A program made the translations under genes and the position numbers. The notes under the pieces were generated by a model. That model worked only from the letters and a program-made list of their open reading frames with translations. It was not told where the DNA came from and did not search any database. A stretch of DNA of 64,000 nucleotides, from positions 90,336,001 through 90,400,000 of the forward strand of contig NC_045697.1 in NCBI RefSeq assembly GCF_009834535.1, written 5' to 3'. This DNA is from Camelus ferus (lineage: Eukaryota). Within the stretch, counting starts at the first letter, position 1. Every line of letters starts with the position of its first letter. Positions 12,721 through 25,531 of the stretch are shown here, in pieces.

Positions 12721-14639
12721 CTCAGCCATAAAAAAGAATGAAATACTGTCATTTGCAGCAACACAGATAGACCTAGAGGATATTATACTTAATAAATTAA
12801 GTCGGATAAAAAATACTATATATGACATATGTGGAATCAAAAAACAATACAATCAAATCTATATACAAAACACAAACAGACTCAGAGACATGGAAAACAA
12901 ACATATTAACAAAGAGGAGAGGGAGGGAAAGAAGGACAAATTAGGAGTATGGGACTAACAGATACAAACTACTACACAAAAATAGATAAGCAACAAGGAT
13001 TTACTGGATAGCACAGGGAATTATATTCTATAACCTATTATATTGTAATAGGTTACCCAATAACCTATTTTAGTGTAATAACCTATAATGGAATATAATC
13101 TGAAAAAGTATATATAAATGAATCACTTTGCAGTACACCTGAAACTAATACAACATTGCATAGCAACTATACTTCAATTAAAAAAAGAATAAAGGAGAGC
13201 GTAGACCTTTTCAAACTAGAATAAATTCAAGTCTTTCTGCCTGCCAGCTTCTGTAACTATGATCCTCAATATCTGATAATTATTTTAATCAGGCAATATT
13301 CTCCCAGCTCATTCTTATGATCTATTCAGTCTCTTTGATCTACTTCCTATGGCTATTCCCCAGCAAGAAGTCCAAGGCCCATTATGTGGCCCATAATCTC
13401 CTCTTTGCTCCAAATCAATCACAATCCTGACTGCAGGGTAAAGTGAACCCAGGTTCTTCAGGAAGACAAATTTTCCAGGCAAAAGTAGAATTTAGGGCTG
13501 CCATCAAGACAGCAGCACTAATAAATCCCTCAGAGGTACAGGTTTAAATGTCTACCTTTTAAATTTATACAAATATCATAGTGAAAACTTGCTTTGGGAG
13601 GGGCTGATGAAGGCAAAAGTTAAGAATAATTGGTTTTTTTTTTTTTTTCCAGAGCACTGAACCCTCCTCTGTGGAACCGTACCAGAAAGGCCACAGCAAC
13701 TCATACAAAGCACCTTATGTTTCCCTTTCCATCTTACTAATAAAATTCATAAGAGAGGATCTCTTGACTCTCATTTAAAACTTAGACTAAATGTGTCATT
13801 ATTACCTTTCTTATGTGAGCTTTCTTTTCAAATACAATACGACGTGTAAAGTTAAAAGCTTTGCTCCTATTAGATGTACCAAAAGTATGCAGAAGTAAAG
13901 TAAGGGAGAACAGTGGTCGTATGTTACTTTTCCCACACAACACTTAGATTTTGCCATGGGATGCTACCTTTACCCTTGAACAAAGGTACAGTGATTGTCA
14001 GTGACAATCACTCTGGCTCCCCTAGATCTGAAGCCTTGAATAGAGTGTCTCAAAGACGGACAATTTTTGGTTTCCATCCCAACAGTGAGAGAAGCACCCT
14101 AACGTGGCTGTGCTTTCTTCCTTGCCCTAGATCTCCAGAGTTACTGTTTCCTGTACTTTAACATCCTTCAATTCTAAATCCATAGTTGTCTAATAAATTT
14201 CTTTTATTTTTTACTGTTTGCCAGAGATTCTTCCTATTGCAACTAAAAAGTTAAACTCACAGAAGTAGAAAATATGGATGCAAAATAGTCCTTACTAGTT
14301 GCCTAAAATCACTCTATGTGGGCAATGACCTGTGCCATCTTCGCAGCAGGCTGCCTCTACTTTAGATTTTGGAAAAACAATAAGCATGAACTTGTGTTTC
14401 ATTTCCAGTTAAAGTTCTCCCTTACACATGGCCTGAATTCTCCCTGGTGTTATTTTCCAGCCTCTGACCTTAGCAGGATAGATACTGAGCTATATGAAAT
14501 TAATTAGATTTGTTTTTCATTTTAATTGAAATGAGAATTAGTTTGTTAGGAAAATCACTGACTCTTTATGATAATATCCCAAATGTCCAACAGCAATATT
14601 AATAAAATAATTTAAGAGTAACAGTGACCCAAGGAGGTA

Positions 14640-14968
14640 AAACAGAAATCAGAAGTGCCAAGAAAAAGGCTAAAGGAAATTTGTTTGTTTTAAGCAAAAG
14701 AAAATTTTAGAATGCATGATGGTTATCTTTAAATATGTGTAGAGCTACCATGTAGAAAAGTCAAAACACAGAGTTAAAGGTGAATGCTATCGGGTGCATA
14801 TTTAGTTCAGTGTGAGAATTGCCTTTCAACTACAATTTCTCAAAAAAGGAACTAGCCACAGGGTTAAACAGAAAGTTTTCCACCTCTGGAAATGTTTAGG
14901 AAGAGGCATAAACAATATCTGTATGGAAAGCTAGATGATTCAACTCTCAGATCCTATAGTTCTATGCA
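14640..14968 (+). mobile_element. L3/CR1 LINE 3' fragment
   Basis: TATCTTTAAATATGTGTAGAGCTACCATGTAGAAAAG..CACCTCTGGAAATGTTTAGGAAGAGGC..TTCAACTCTCAGATCCTATAGTTCTATG terminus. Confidence 0.55.
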
Positions 14969-16599
14969 CTTCAAACTGAAATTTCAGTTACTCCACTTCA
15001 TACTCACAGAATACTGCTATCTATTATCTATTACAACTGAATTATTTTTCATGCAGAGGGCAATTTTATGTATAAAAGGAAGCAAAGGAACTCCTGAAAG
15101 TTACCCCTAAAATATTGTACAGTTTGCCTTTTTTTAATTTCCCTTTTAGAATTGTATTCCTTGTATTCATACCTTATACGTTAGACATAAATAATTTTTT
15201 CTATATCATTTATAAAACAAGTCACCATTTTCAAAGAGAAAAAAGCCACTTAAGACAAACCAGTAGCAGATGTACTTATATTTTGAGTTGGTAAATCTAA
15301 GACAGCCTCATCTCAGAGAAACAAGAGCAGTTTATTAGCTAAAGTTTTCATATTAACCTGAAGCAAATTTTTCACCCATCTTTCCAACTGTGTAAGATCT
15401 TAGCTATGCACCTATAGTATTTAAGAAGGCTGGCAGGCGCATGGAAGTTTTCTAAGAAGGGGCTTCCAGATCAGTGGCTGATGAAATAATATATGTAAGT
15501 CTCTGCATTCCACTGACAGTACAGGCACAGTAAAAAATTGTTTTATAACAAGTTTAACTTGTTACAATGTCACAATATTTCTCTATTCATATCACAAAAG
15601 GCCTCCTGCTGTAATTTGCCTATAGAATCAATGCTAACTCTACAGAACTCATTACTATAGCAAAGGAGACAAATATTGGCAAGTCCAGGCAGCCACACTT
15701 AATATGTCAGTCCTAAACTAACTGTTCTGTTCCCTTGTCTCTTCCTACCAGTTTTTAACATTTTAATAACCAAAAAAATCCCCAAAACCAAGTAACCATT
15801 AAGAAAACTTTAGCATTGTACCTACATATATATCAAATATATCCCTGTATCACATAAACAGATTATGAAACTTTACAAAGAGGCAGACTGAAATAAACTC
15901 ATCACAAATATGCAAGGAAATTTTGCCTCCATGTTATCTCAAAAAGGGTCATATTCACAACTGACTTAGGGAATTTAACTCATTAGCTTTAACAATTAGA
16001 AATTAATTGACCTGGGGAGTTGAAGGTAGCCTGAATGCACGAATGTTATGAATCCTTTCTTTCATCAATGAAATTCAGATTTAATATTCAATATTCCGGC
16101 ATGAGACCAGTCATTTAAACATTATTTATATACTTAAACAGAAACCAACATACAGATATCACTCCTTTGTCTTTATGCAGAGTTTCAATTGTTACCTGGT
16201 AACTTGAAAATATATAAAACGTATGTTTACTAGGAAATTCTTCAAAATTAATCTTTAAGCTTTTTGAAATGTCTGATGTTATGTTGCCTATATACCATAA
16301 AACCATTTTCAAAGAACTTGACAAAGAAAAGAATGACAAAGTTGGGAAATCATTTAGCCTACTAAATGCTTCACTACATTTCAAGATCGCTAAATTCTGG
16401 ACAGACTAGAAGAAAAGGGAACTAGGTGTCTACTGCACTAAAAATAAATGGCATAGATTTCTTTTCCTCTTATAGATTTAAAATCCACAGCCTAGTCACA
16501 ACACAGTCTCGAAGGAGACAAAATGTGAGGAAGCGATTGAGTAGACCTTGGAACTCCAAGCAGGCACCTTATAATCTGCTCTAAATTGAAAATAAACAG

Positions 16600-17152
16600 C
16601 TAAGAACATCATGGGAGGGTCCCTGTCAGACTGCTTCTGGAGTACTGTGTTTAGTTCTTAATACTGTTTAGTATTTAACAGTAGTATTATGTTCTTCTTA
16701 AATAGTAAGCAATATTTAAGAATATCAACAAACCAGAATATATTCAGAGGTAAGCGATTAGGTGGAAAGTCATCTGAAACTATGTCAAGAGGAACAGCTG
16801 AAGGAAATAATACTGTTTAGTTTGAAGTAAGAATAAATAGCCATGATAAATATTTTCAATTCTGAAGGCTTTTCATGGGTAAGAGGGTTTAGAATTTTAT
16901 GTATGTTAAGAAGTTACAGAAATACAAGTTAAGCTAAGTAAGAGGAAAGAATTTTAAAAAGCAGAAATGTTTGAAGACAAAACTGGCTACCACACAAAGC
17001 TAGTAGACCTTCTACTGCAGGAACTATTCTGATGTAGGCTGGATAATTACTTGGCAGAAATGTAAGAGGGAATTCAAGCAACTGGTTGGTGAATACCTGA
17101 ACTATATGAGTTTCAAAGCACTTTTCCAGTATTAAAATTCTAAATTCTAAAA
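16600..17152 (+). mobile_element. L3/CR1 LINE 3' fragment
   Basis: GTCAGACTGCTTCTGGAGTACTGTGTTTAGTTCT, CATCTGAAACTATGTCA..GAACAGCTGAAGGAA and an ATTCTAAATTCTA tail typical of CR1/L3. Confidence 0.7.
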
Positions 17153-17677
17153 TAGAAATACCATAGTCTCAGTGCTTTCACCATCTTCCTTTAAAAGAAA
17201 TCCCCAACAAATCCCCACTGTTCGTTTGGAGTACCTACTGTAAGCCTGGTAGAAAAGAAGACTTGACTTAAACCTGGTGAAAGATCACCGAAATTTGAAA
17301 AATGACAGAGTGAAAGTGTTCCATAAAGATCAGCATGCATGTGTGCATGCACAAACACACACACACACACACAAATTCACTTCCAAGCCTAAATTAGAAT
17401 TAAGAAAAGCCTTGAACAGAAGCATAGAGAATTAGCATACTAAATCTCGAATGTAAATATTTTGTTGATAAACTACAAATGTGTGGTTAGCTAACTCAAG
17501 GCAGCATTAAGGTAAACATGACTAGACAAATGACTAGAAACAGGATAATGTTACTAAAGCAGAACTAGAGTTTTTCCAAATTTCATACCAAATGAACCCT
17601 GGAAATGTTCTGTATTGTTTGACATTTTTATAAATAAATATCATAATAAAAACATTATTATATTTACTGAAGAAATA

Positions 17678-18188
17678 TGTGGGGGTTTTAAAATATTCCT
17701 TCAAATTACTTGATACTCTCCCATATAGAGGTGGGGTCAATGTCTCCTTTCCTCAATTCTAGGCTCTGTGATTGACAGACCAAAAGAATACATCAGAAGT
17801 AATGCAGTGCCAGTTTCCACAACAGGCTTTAAAAAAATTGGCAGCTTCCACTTCCCAACTCTTGGGACACTGTCTCTTGGAACTTGGCCATCATCCTGTG
17901 AAGAAGTTCAAGTACCCAACAGAGAGGCCCACATGGAAAGGAACCAAGGTGCCTGGTCCTCAGCTCCAACTGAGCCCTCTGCCAGCTTGAGTCCAAGCCA
18001 TGTAAATGAGTCATCTTGGAAACAATCCTTCAGCCCCCCAATCAAGCCACCCCAGCTAATACTTTGTGGAGCAAACATGAACCTTCCCCACTGACCCCTG
18101 CAAATTTGAAGGCTAAATAAATATCACTGTTCTTTTTTAAGTACCTGAGTTTGAGGGTGAGTTGTTATACAATAGATAACCAGAATCA
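17678..18188 (+). mobile_element. MLT1 (F/G/H-like) solo LTR
   Basis: TG..CA ends. GAGAGGCCCACATGGAAAGGAACCAAGG, CAAGCCATGTAAATGAGTCATCTTGG and GTTGTTATACAATAGATAACCAGAA. Confidence 0.85.
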
Positions 18189-19219
18189 AAACCAAAACTG
18201 GCACTGGCCACGTGCAACTTACTTTGAAATTTTCTTTTTTAAGCATCTACTGCTCTCTAATACCTAGAATGCTGATTTCCCAAATCTTCTTGTAACTCTT
18301 ATCTACTGGATCTCTTTTACTGAATATTACATATACAGAGTGTAATATGGGGTATACTTTTCAAAAGATCTAAATGAATTAATTATAATTTTTATTTGAG
18401 AACTTAACAGCACTCTTTGAGGTCATTACAGATATTGTAAAATCAATTACAAAAGTAAATACAATAATCATCACACCTGGGGGACATGGGAGTTCGTGCA
18501 CAGAGAATATAAATACTTACTCATATCAGAATCATCCAGAAGAGTATTTTGAACTAGAAGGGATTCTATATATCACTCAGTCCATGCCATGACATTTACT
18601 TGTATATTCATAAAATAAATGAGCAACAGAAACAGGTCTCAAACACACTTCCCTTCGTGTGTTTTCACAAAACACAGATGCCCTTGAAAATAAAACTAAA
18701 TACAAATTAATATAGAGGATATAGAGGTAAAATATATAAAAATTTCTTAGAGCTACAGCAGCAATCCTCATAATTTATATATTTCCTATGGGTAGCTGCT
18801 CTTTGCTGAGTACTATAAATTACAGAATAGAAGGTACATGATTTCTGCTCCACAAATGTTCATATTATAAAGTCACGTATCTTAAACAACTCGAGAACTA
18901 TGGTGGCAGCTGGTGGCAGGGAGGGGTTGTCCAAAGTAAGGGAAGAGTTAGAATAGTACTAGGTTTGTCAAGAGGGTCTTCATGGCACATGTGTAATACA
19001 TTAATGAGACAAAGTCACTAAAGCAAAAGGACTACAGTAGGAAGAAGGCAGAACCTATAATGGATATCCATTTACTGGAGCTAGAAAACAGAATATTCTT
19101 AAATGTCTGTTGAATTATTTAGATTTGCTCCAAACAACAAGGCATCACCACAGCAATTTAAAATTCTGCAGCCTCTTCCACCAGTCTCTTTTGTTCCCTC
19201 TCCATGAAATAATCTTCCT

Positions 19220-19470
19220 TTTTTTGCCCTGATGACTCCTATTCATCCTGCAAGATCCAGCTTAAAGGCCTGTAAATCTTCCTTAATCCCAGCCATATCA
19301 ACCTATCTAGAAACTCTTTTTTTACAATACTTTTACAGCATTTCCCACTTTACGCTATTAATTTGCTTAATACTGTCTTCTTACTCTCTGCTGTATGAAG
19401 TTCATGTTCTCTTTCTTATTCCTATAACAATGCCAGACATGACAGAGACATAGTAAAACTTAAGATTAAT
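19220..19470 (+). mobile_element. L2 3' fragment
   Basis: ACTCCTATTCATCCTGCAAGATCCAGCTTAAAG..ACAATGCCAGACATGACAGAGACATAGTAAA. Confidence 0.55.
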
Positions 19471-20364
19471 GATGTCAAATTAAGGATCAAGTTTGTCTTA
19501 TGTTCTTCTATGCTCAGAGATGACAGCCAAATTTAATACAACATGCAAAAGAAAATCAATCCAATAAAACTACCCTCAAAACATTCAAAATGCTAAATAA
19601 TTATCCCCTCCCTTAAGGGAACTTCATTACTCATTATGAGTCTGGCATTCGCCAAAAATTTCACAGGCATAAAACGCCCTGAACCCAAACAATAGATAAA
19701 GTTTAACTACAGGTAAACAAAGTTTGGAAATTAACATCTTAGAATAATTTCTAAGTACACTTAATGTAAATATAACAACTTTTCATCATATCTTGCCATA
19801 AAGAGGTAAGTTACAGTTATCACTGTCAGCACCATGCTCCATATTTATAATCTACTTCCATTTCAATGCCAAATGTGAGGAAGATGACTCAAGACTTCCC
19901 TGAAAACACAAGCCCCATTCAGCTTCAGACAAACTAGACCACAGGGGACTCATTCAGAAATCACAGTCAGTGCTAAATCAAGAAATAAAAGTAAAGAATC
20001 ACTTTATATGACACTTTGAAACATTATAAAAGGGAGAGTCATGAAACTACCCATTTATAATATTTGAGGTAGAATTTCAGCTCATGGTGGGCTTCAGAAA
20101 ACTTAAATAAATTTATATACAGATTTAAAATAATTTTTTTTGTTCAGCTTGTATTCTATTTTAAACTCTGTAGAATTTATCACAATGAAAAAAAGAAAGA
20201 AAAAGTCCAAACCCCACATTGTTAAGGGAAAGAACACTGTTTCTTTGGGTAGAAATCTATTATCATTCTTTAAAATTTGTATTTTCAGTAAATTTCCATA
20301 AAATATGTAAGATATAAATAATAGTTCTTTCATAAAGTAAATAGGAAAATCTGACAAAGAATTT

Positions 20365-21350
20365 ATTATTCATTCAATAATTAAATGAATCATTGCTGAT
20401 CACATACTTTAAGCAACAGATACTGAGTCAAAACTGATTTATACTCTCCTCTAGGAACGATCAAACAATTATTATACAGTAGGGTAAGTGCTATAACATC
20501 AGTGTGTACTCAGGGCAAATGCACAAAAAAAGTTAACTACCTGGGAAAGTTGGGAAAAGCATTAAAGGAAATGATATGTTCATCTTAAAGGATTCAGAGC
20601 AGTTTAGATAGTAGGAATAGCATGTGCAAAATAAAAACAAAAAACAGGAAGCACAAAAGAGAAAAGTGTGTTCAATAAACAGTTATAGCTTAACATGGCT
20701 AATGACTATAGACTAGGGATGGAAGTGGCAGGAAGTGGGCTACTAAGGTAAGAGGCCTGACTGCCTAAGGCTTTGCACACTTTGCAAAGAACTTTACCTT
20801 CTAGTCAGTAAAAACCCATGAAGGTTTGGAGTGCTTGTGGGTAGGAATAACATCATAAAATTTACATTAAGAAAAATAATTCTAGACTCAGCATGAAAAA
20901 CAGGCTGGAAAGAGTAAAACTAGCAGCAGGAAAATTAAGTAGGCCAATGAAAAATGAAGATGAAAATGATCAAGATATAATCAAGGCAGAAGATGGACAG
21001 TAAGGAACAGATATTAGAGTCCCAAGGTAGAATCAGTAGAACTCGATGACTAGGAGGGTGAGGCAGAGAGGAGTCTACAGTAACTCTAGGATTTCCACCT
21101 TAAGGACTAAATGAATAGTGATGACATTAATTAAAATAGAGAAATCAAGAAATGAACCATGTCTGAAGGAGAAGAGATTTTAAAAATTCAATTTTATTTG
21201 TACTGGCTTTGATTTCAACCTTGGGCATCCAGGAAATATAGGTCTGGAGCTCAGAATAAATGTCTGGAATGAAATTACAGATTTGGGAGCCAATACAGAA
21301 ATCAGAAAGCTAAATGAAATTATGTGCATAGTGAGAAAGAAGCCAAGGTA
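20365..21350 (-). mobile_element. L2 LINE fragment (about 1 kb)
   Basis: Starts with a TTCATTCAATAATT tail. Contains GGAATAGCATGTGCAAA, TAGAATCAGTAGAACTCGATGACT and AGGTCTGGAGCTCAG..TACAGATTTGGGAG. Confidence 0.75.
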
Positions 21351-21611
21351 AACTGAGAAGACTAGACAACCAGGAAAAAAAAATGGTAAGTGTTTTGGGG
21401 GCAAGGAACAACAACGTTTTTAATCAGGAAGTGTCTAGTGCAAGGTAATATGGAAACCTGAGTATCTGGAGAACTTACAGGGTAGATTGATCAGAACTCT
21501 GTTTAGAGGAGGAGCTGAGAAGTCTCCTTGGGGGACAGGGAGAGGGTATAATATCATTATCCTTAAGAAAGAGACTAGAGGCATGGAAGTTTGGTTTAAG
21601 AATAATGGATT

Positions 21612-21910
21612 GATAATTTTCAACAAGAATGCCAAGACATTCCAATGGGGAAAGAACAGTCTTTCAATAAATGATTCTAGAACAAACTGGATTTTTACAT
21701 GTCAGAGAAGGAGGGTGAACTCCTTCCTCACACCATACATAAAAATTAACTCAGAAGGTATTATAGACCTAAATGTAAGAACTAAAACTACAAATCTCTT
21801 AGAAGAAAACATAGATGAAAATCTTTGTGACCTTGGGTTAGGCAAAGTCTTCTGGGATATGACATCAAAAGCAAAAGCAACAACAATACACACACACACC
21901 ACACACACAC

Positions 21911-21965
<55 letters not shown>

Positions 21966-22976
21966 CATACTGGACTTCATAAAAAATTAAAAGCCTTTTT
22001 ACTTCAAAGGATATCATAAAGAAAGTGGAAATGCAATTCACAGACAGGAGAAAATATTTGCAAGCCATATATCTGATAAGAGACTTGTATTTAGCATTTA
22101 TAAAGAATTTGTACAATTCAATAATTAAAAAACAAATAACCCAACTAAGAATTGGACAAAGGTCCTGAATAAGTATTTCTCTAAAAAACGTACAGAAGTG
22201 TCCAGCAAATACATGAAAAGATTCCCAACATCATTAGCCATCAGTGAAAGGCAAATTAAAACCACAGTGAGGTATCACTTCATATCCACTCAGATGCCTA
22301 TAAAAAAAAGGCACACAATAACAAGTACTGATGAAAATGTGAAGAAAATGGAAACCTTTATGTGATGCTAGTGGGAATGTAAAATCAAGCAACCACTTTG
22401 TAAAACTGTCTGGCAGTTTCTCAGAATGTTAAACACAAAGTTGCCGTGTGACTCAGCAATTTCATTCCTAGGTATATTATCAAGGGAATTTCAAACATAT
22501 GTCCACATAAAAACTTATAACTTATGTACAAATGTTTATAGCAACATTATTCATAATAACTGAAAAATGAAAACAATCAAAATGTTCATCAATTTATGAA
22601 TGGATAAGTAACAATGGAATGTTATTCAGCAATAAAAAAAGAATGAAATATTGACACATACAACAACACAGATGAACCTTGAGAATATCATCCTAAGTGA
22701 AAAAAAAACAGTCACTAAAGGGCATATTTTGTATGATTCCATTTATACGAAATGTCCAAAACAGGCAAATCTTGCTTAAGGTTGGGAGTTAGGGAGAAAT
22801 GGACAATGATGACTAATAGGTTTAAGATTTCATTTTGGGATGCTGAATTATCTAAAATCAATTACTTACTAGTTGTTAAACTCTGTGAGTATACAAAACA
22901 CCACTGAAAGATACATTTTAAAATAGCTGACATGTGGTATGTGACTTATATCTCAATGAAGCTGTAATTTTTTTTT
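21612..22976 (+). mobile_element. 5'-truncated L1MB-type element (ORF2 C-terminus + 3'UTR)
   Basis: Peptide IFNKNAKTFQWGKNSL..LTPYIKINSEGIIDLNVR..LLEENI. 3' end GGTATGTGACTTATATCTCAATGAAGCTGT. TSD-like GAATAATG(G)ATT on both sides. Confidence 0.9.
21888..21970. repeat. (CA)n-(TACATA)n microsatellite
   Basis: Seen directly; it produces the HT/YT repeats in the ORF track. Confidence 0.95.
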
Positions 22977-23499
22977 AATGAATAATGATTCAGGATTGTT
23001 CCCAGGTTCAGTCTCTAAGTATTCATATGCAGTTTCATGAAAATTTACATAAATATTGAAGGTCTAAACAATTAAATAACACTGATATCAGCACTTACAT
23101 AGGGACCATAAAAAAACAACAAGCTGCTTTGGCAACAACAGTTACAGCATCGAATTACCACAGTGACAATGACATTGGACACTGGGAAATAGCAGGCTGA
23201 AGTAGAGGCCTCTTTGGCAGGCAGCAAGGGTTGTTATATCCTCCTCCAGCACCTGTAACATAACTGCTTGGTTCTTAGCTGTAGCACAAAAGGAGAAAAA
23301 TTGCAGATACCACAAGGCAGCCAAGAATTGTTCAACAGTGCACACAGGAAGCACTTCTCCCAGAATGATTCTGATGGAATTTTAGATGTTCCTGGGTTTC
23401 GTAAGAGTGGGCAGAAATACTAATTTGTGACTGTCACTTTAACAGTATTCTAACCCCTGCATCTAAAAGCTCTCAGGCCAAACTGGACTGGATTAACAT

Positions 23500-23695
23500 C
23501 AGTTATAGAGAAGACAAGTCGGATGAGAATAAGAAGAAACTCTTTAGGTTGAGAAATTAAGAGTTCATTATTAACCATAGAAAAAGCACTTTTAAAGGAG
23601 TGGTAAAAACAGAGCCATCTTGTTCTGTAAAATGAATACAGGGTACGCAAGTAGAAACAACAATTACAGACAGGTTTTCTCAACAAGTTTGGCAG
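23500..23695 (-). mobile_element. L2 fragment
   Basis: AAGTCGGATGAGAATAAG..GAGTTCATTATTAACCATAGAAAAAGCACTTTTAAAGGAGTGGT..AAGTTTGGCAG. Confidence 0.5.
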
Positions 23696-24379
23696 TACCC
23701 CACTCACCATTGTTCAGTCCTTCTATTTAATCTTTGTTTTCTTACTTGCCTTTCTGCATAGGAGATGCCAAATGGATTTATTCAGATTAAGTTCAGAGTA
23801 TGACTGAAATTTTCAACTATCATTCTAATCCCTTTAAAAAACTTACCCACAGTTATAGGCCTCAAAATTATAATGCTAAATAATTAACAGGAATAAAGAT
23901 AAATATACATAATTCTTAACTATTAAATACTACATATTTATACATTCTGCTTCTCTTTTTACTGTATTTTCAGTCCTATATTTATGTATAAGTATGTAAT
24001 ACTCATTCCCTTCTCCATCTGTTTCTAAGAGATTTCCACTTTTCTTAGCTTTTAATTTTCCTTTTCAGCACTCCTTTCTCCTATTTTCTATCCCAATTTC
24101 AAGTTTGGAATATAGTTGCCTCGATCACTCAACTTTTATAGATTATCAGGATAGACTATTGATTTACTTGGCTTTATCCAAGCTGTTATCTAAATTATAT
24201 CTAAAAGATCGCACATTCTAAGATAAAAGTTTTAGTCTCAGGAGAGAATCCAAGAACAAACCCAATATTTCTCTTTATAAAAAAGGACATCAAAATTCAA
24301 GATATAATCAAGTAGGAGCATTTGAAATAAAATAGAACACATCATGCTCTCCTGTACAAAAACCCAGGTAATTCTTATT

Positions 24380-25130
24380 GTGCCCCTCTGTTGACACCAT
24401 ACTTCAAGAAATGGCAGAGGGGAAAAAGTCCAACTAAAGGTAACTGAAATGACTGAAAAGATTAAGAGGCTGATAAAACACTGAGAAACTGAATTCCAAT
24501 CCAAAAAGATGAAGTATGAAGAGACACTTGAGTTAAATGTGTTTTCAGGATAAAGGAAGTTACATGGGCAAGAGGAATGGGTATAACTTAACTGCATCTT
24601 GAGAGAAGAGTTGCCATACTGTGGTGAGATGAAAGAATTTATTCCTGACACTGTCAGGAGCATATTTTAGGCAAATTCAGGGCTGATTTTCCCATGACTC
24701 CTTACTTTTATACCTAATCCACCATGATCTCCCTTCCTGAATTTATTACAGTAATTCTCAGGACCACTCATTTGTTCTCATTATACAATGCCATGCTAGC
24801 ATTTTATTCCTAGATGTTGTCTCCCTACTTGTAACAGTAGACTCTTAAATCGGGGGATTCCACATTTTCTTTGTTTTCCACATGTCAGTAAGTATAATAC
24901 TTTACCAACTTGCTAATATTACAAACAAACAGCAAGATTGAATGCAGATTCATTATGTTCAACACTACAACTAATAAGTGTTCCTCTGGCACAGAAACAA
25001 GTAATTTGGGGATAAGTGAGAGAAAAATTCACTTGGTAAGTAGTAAACATTGCAGGAATTGGTAAAGACCAAAAATATAGTTAATTTCAAGAAAGGTTTA
25101 AATCAATTAGTGAATGATAACTTAAAACTG
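24380..25130 (+). mobile_element. Fragmented CR1/L3-like 3' region, interrupted by an L2-like piece at about 24700-24900
   Basis: CACCATACTTCAAGAAA..AAAGGTAACTGAAATGACTGAAAAGATT, and AATTTCAAGAAAGGTTTAAATCAATTAGTGAATGATA. Confidence 0.4.
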
Positions 25131-25449
25131 AAAAATTTATAGATGTTTGCAATATATCTCCATTCTTTAAAAACTGTCAGAAAAACTCACTGCTACATTG
25201 TCTGACACAGACTTATTGACTAACTGTATTTGAGATACATAAAAGAGTAAAAATTAATGAATAAATGGCTTGAGACAAAATCATGAGTTTGTCATTGTTC
25301 CCTTCCTATCTCCCTCATCTTTAGGGACTCCAGTAGTTGCCAGTGCCTTGGCCAGTCCCCAGCTACAGACATATCACTTGCATGAGCCAACCCTCTGCGT
25401 CAATCCTCTTTTTTTCATCAAACTTCTCGTCCTTGAATCATTCCAATGA

Positions 25450-25531
25450 ATAATTCCAAGTAAATGCAGCAAAATCCATTCTCCTGGATACTGCGGATAA
25501 TTCAAATTAAAGGTAGCAAATATCCATTCTC
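25450..25531. repeat. Diverged tandem duplication (47-bp period)
   Basis: ATAATTCCAAGTAAATGCAGCAAA-ATCCATTCTC (25450-25483) vs ATAATTCAAATTAAAGGTAGCAAATATCCATTCTC (25497-25531). Confidence 0.7.

Larger units (their letters stand above)
10686..12838 (+). pseudogene. Disrupted L1 ORF2 (RT to C-terminus)
   Basis: ORF-track pieces 10549-10818, 11236-11424 and 12177-12635 are L1 ORF2 peptides broken by stops, frameshifts and a nested insertion. Confidence 0.9.
10136..13190 (+). mobile_element. Internally deleted LINE-1: about 550 bp of 5'UTR joined to ORF2 RT/C-terminus, 3'UTR and tail
   Basis: 5' end with YY1 motif CAAGATGGC (10147-10155). ORF2 starts abruptly at about 10686 ([31 protein letters not shown]), with LSLFADGM at 10881 and CCHC knuckle [18 protein letters not shown]. 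Diverged TSD-like pair at 10117-10135 and 13191-13211. Confidence 0.93.

Noticed and set aside
18521..18553. 33-nt minus-strand exon-like pair
   Set aside because: Weak donor context (TGA|gtaagt), a competing upstream AG, and overlap with a MER5/MIR3-like motif.
21487..22116. ORFs with HT/YT/YV/IC dipeptide repeats
   Set aside because: Translations of a microsatellite within L1.
23159..23252. 94-nt minus-strand exon candidate within ORF 23142-23354
   Set aside because: Weak acceptor tract and a gtaatt donor; peptide not recognisable.
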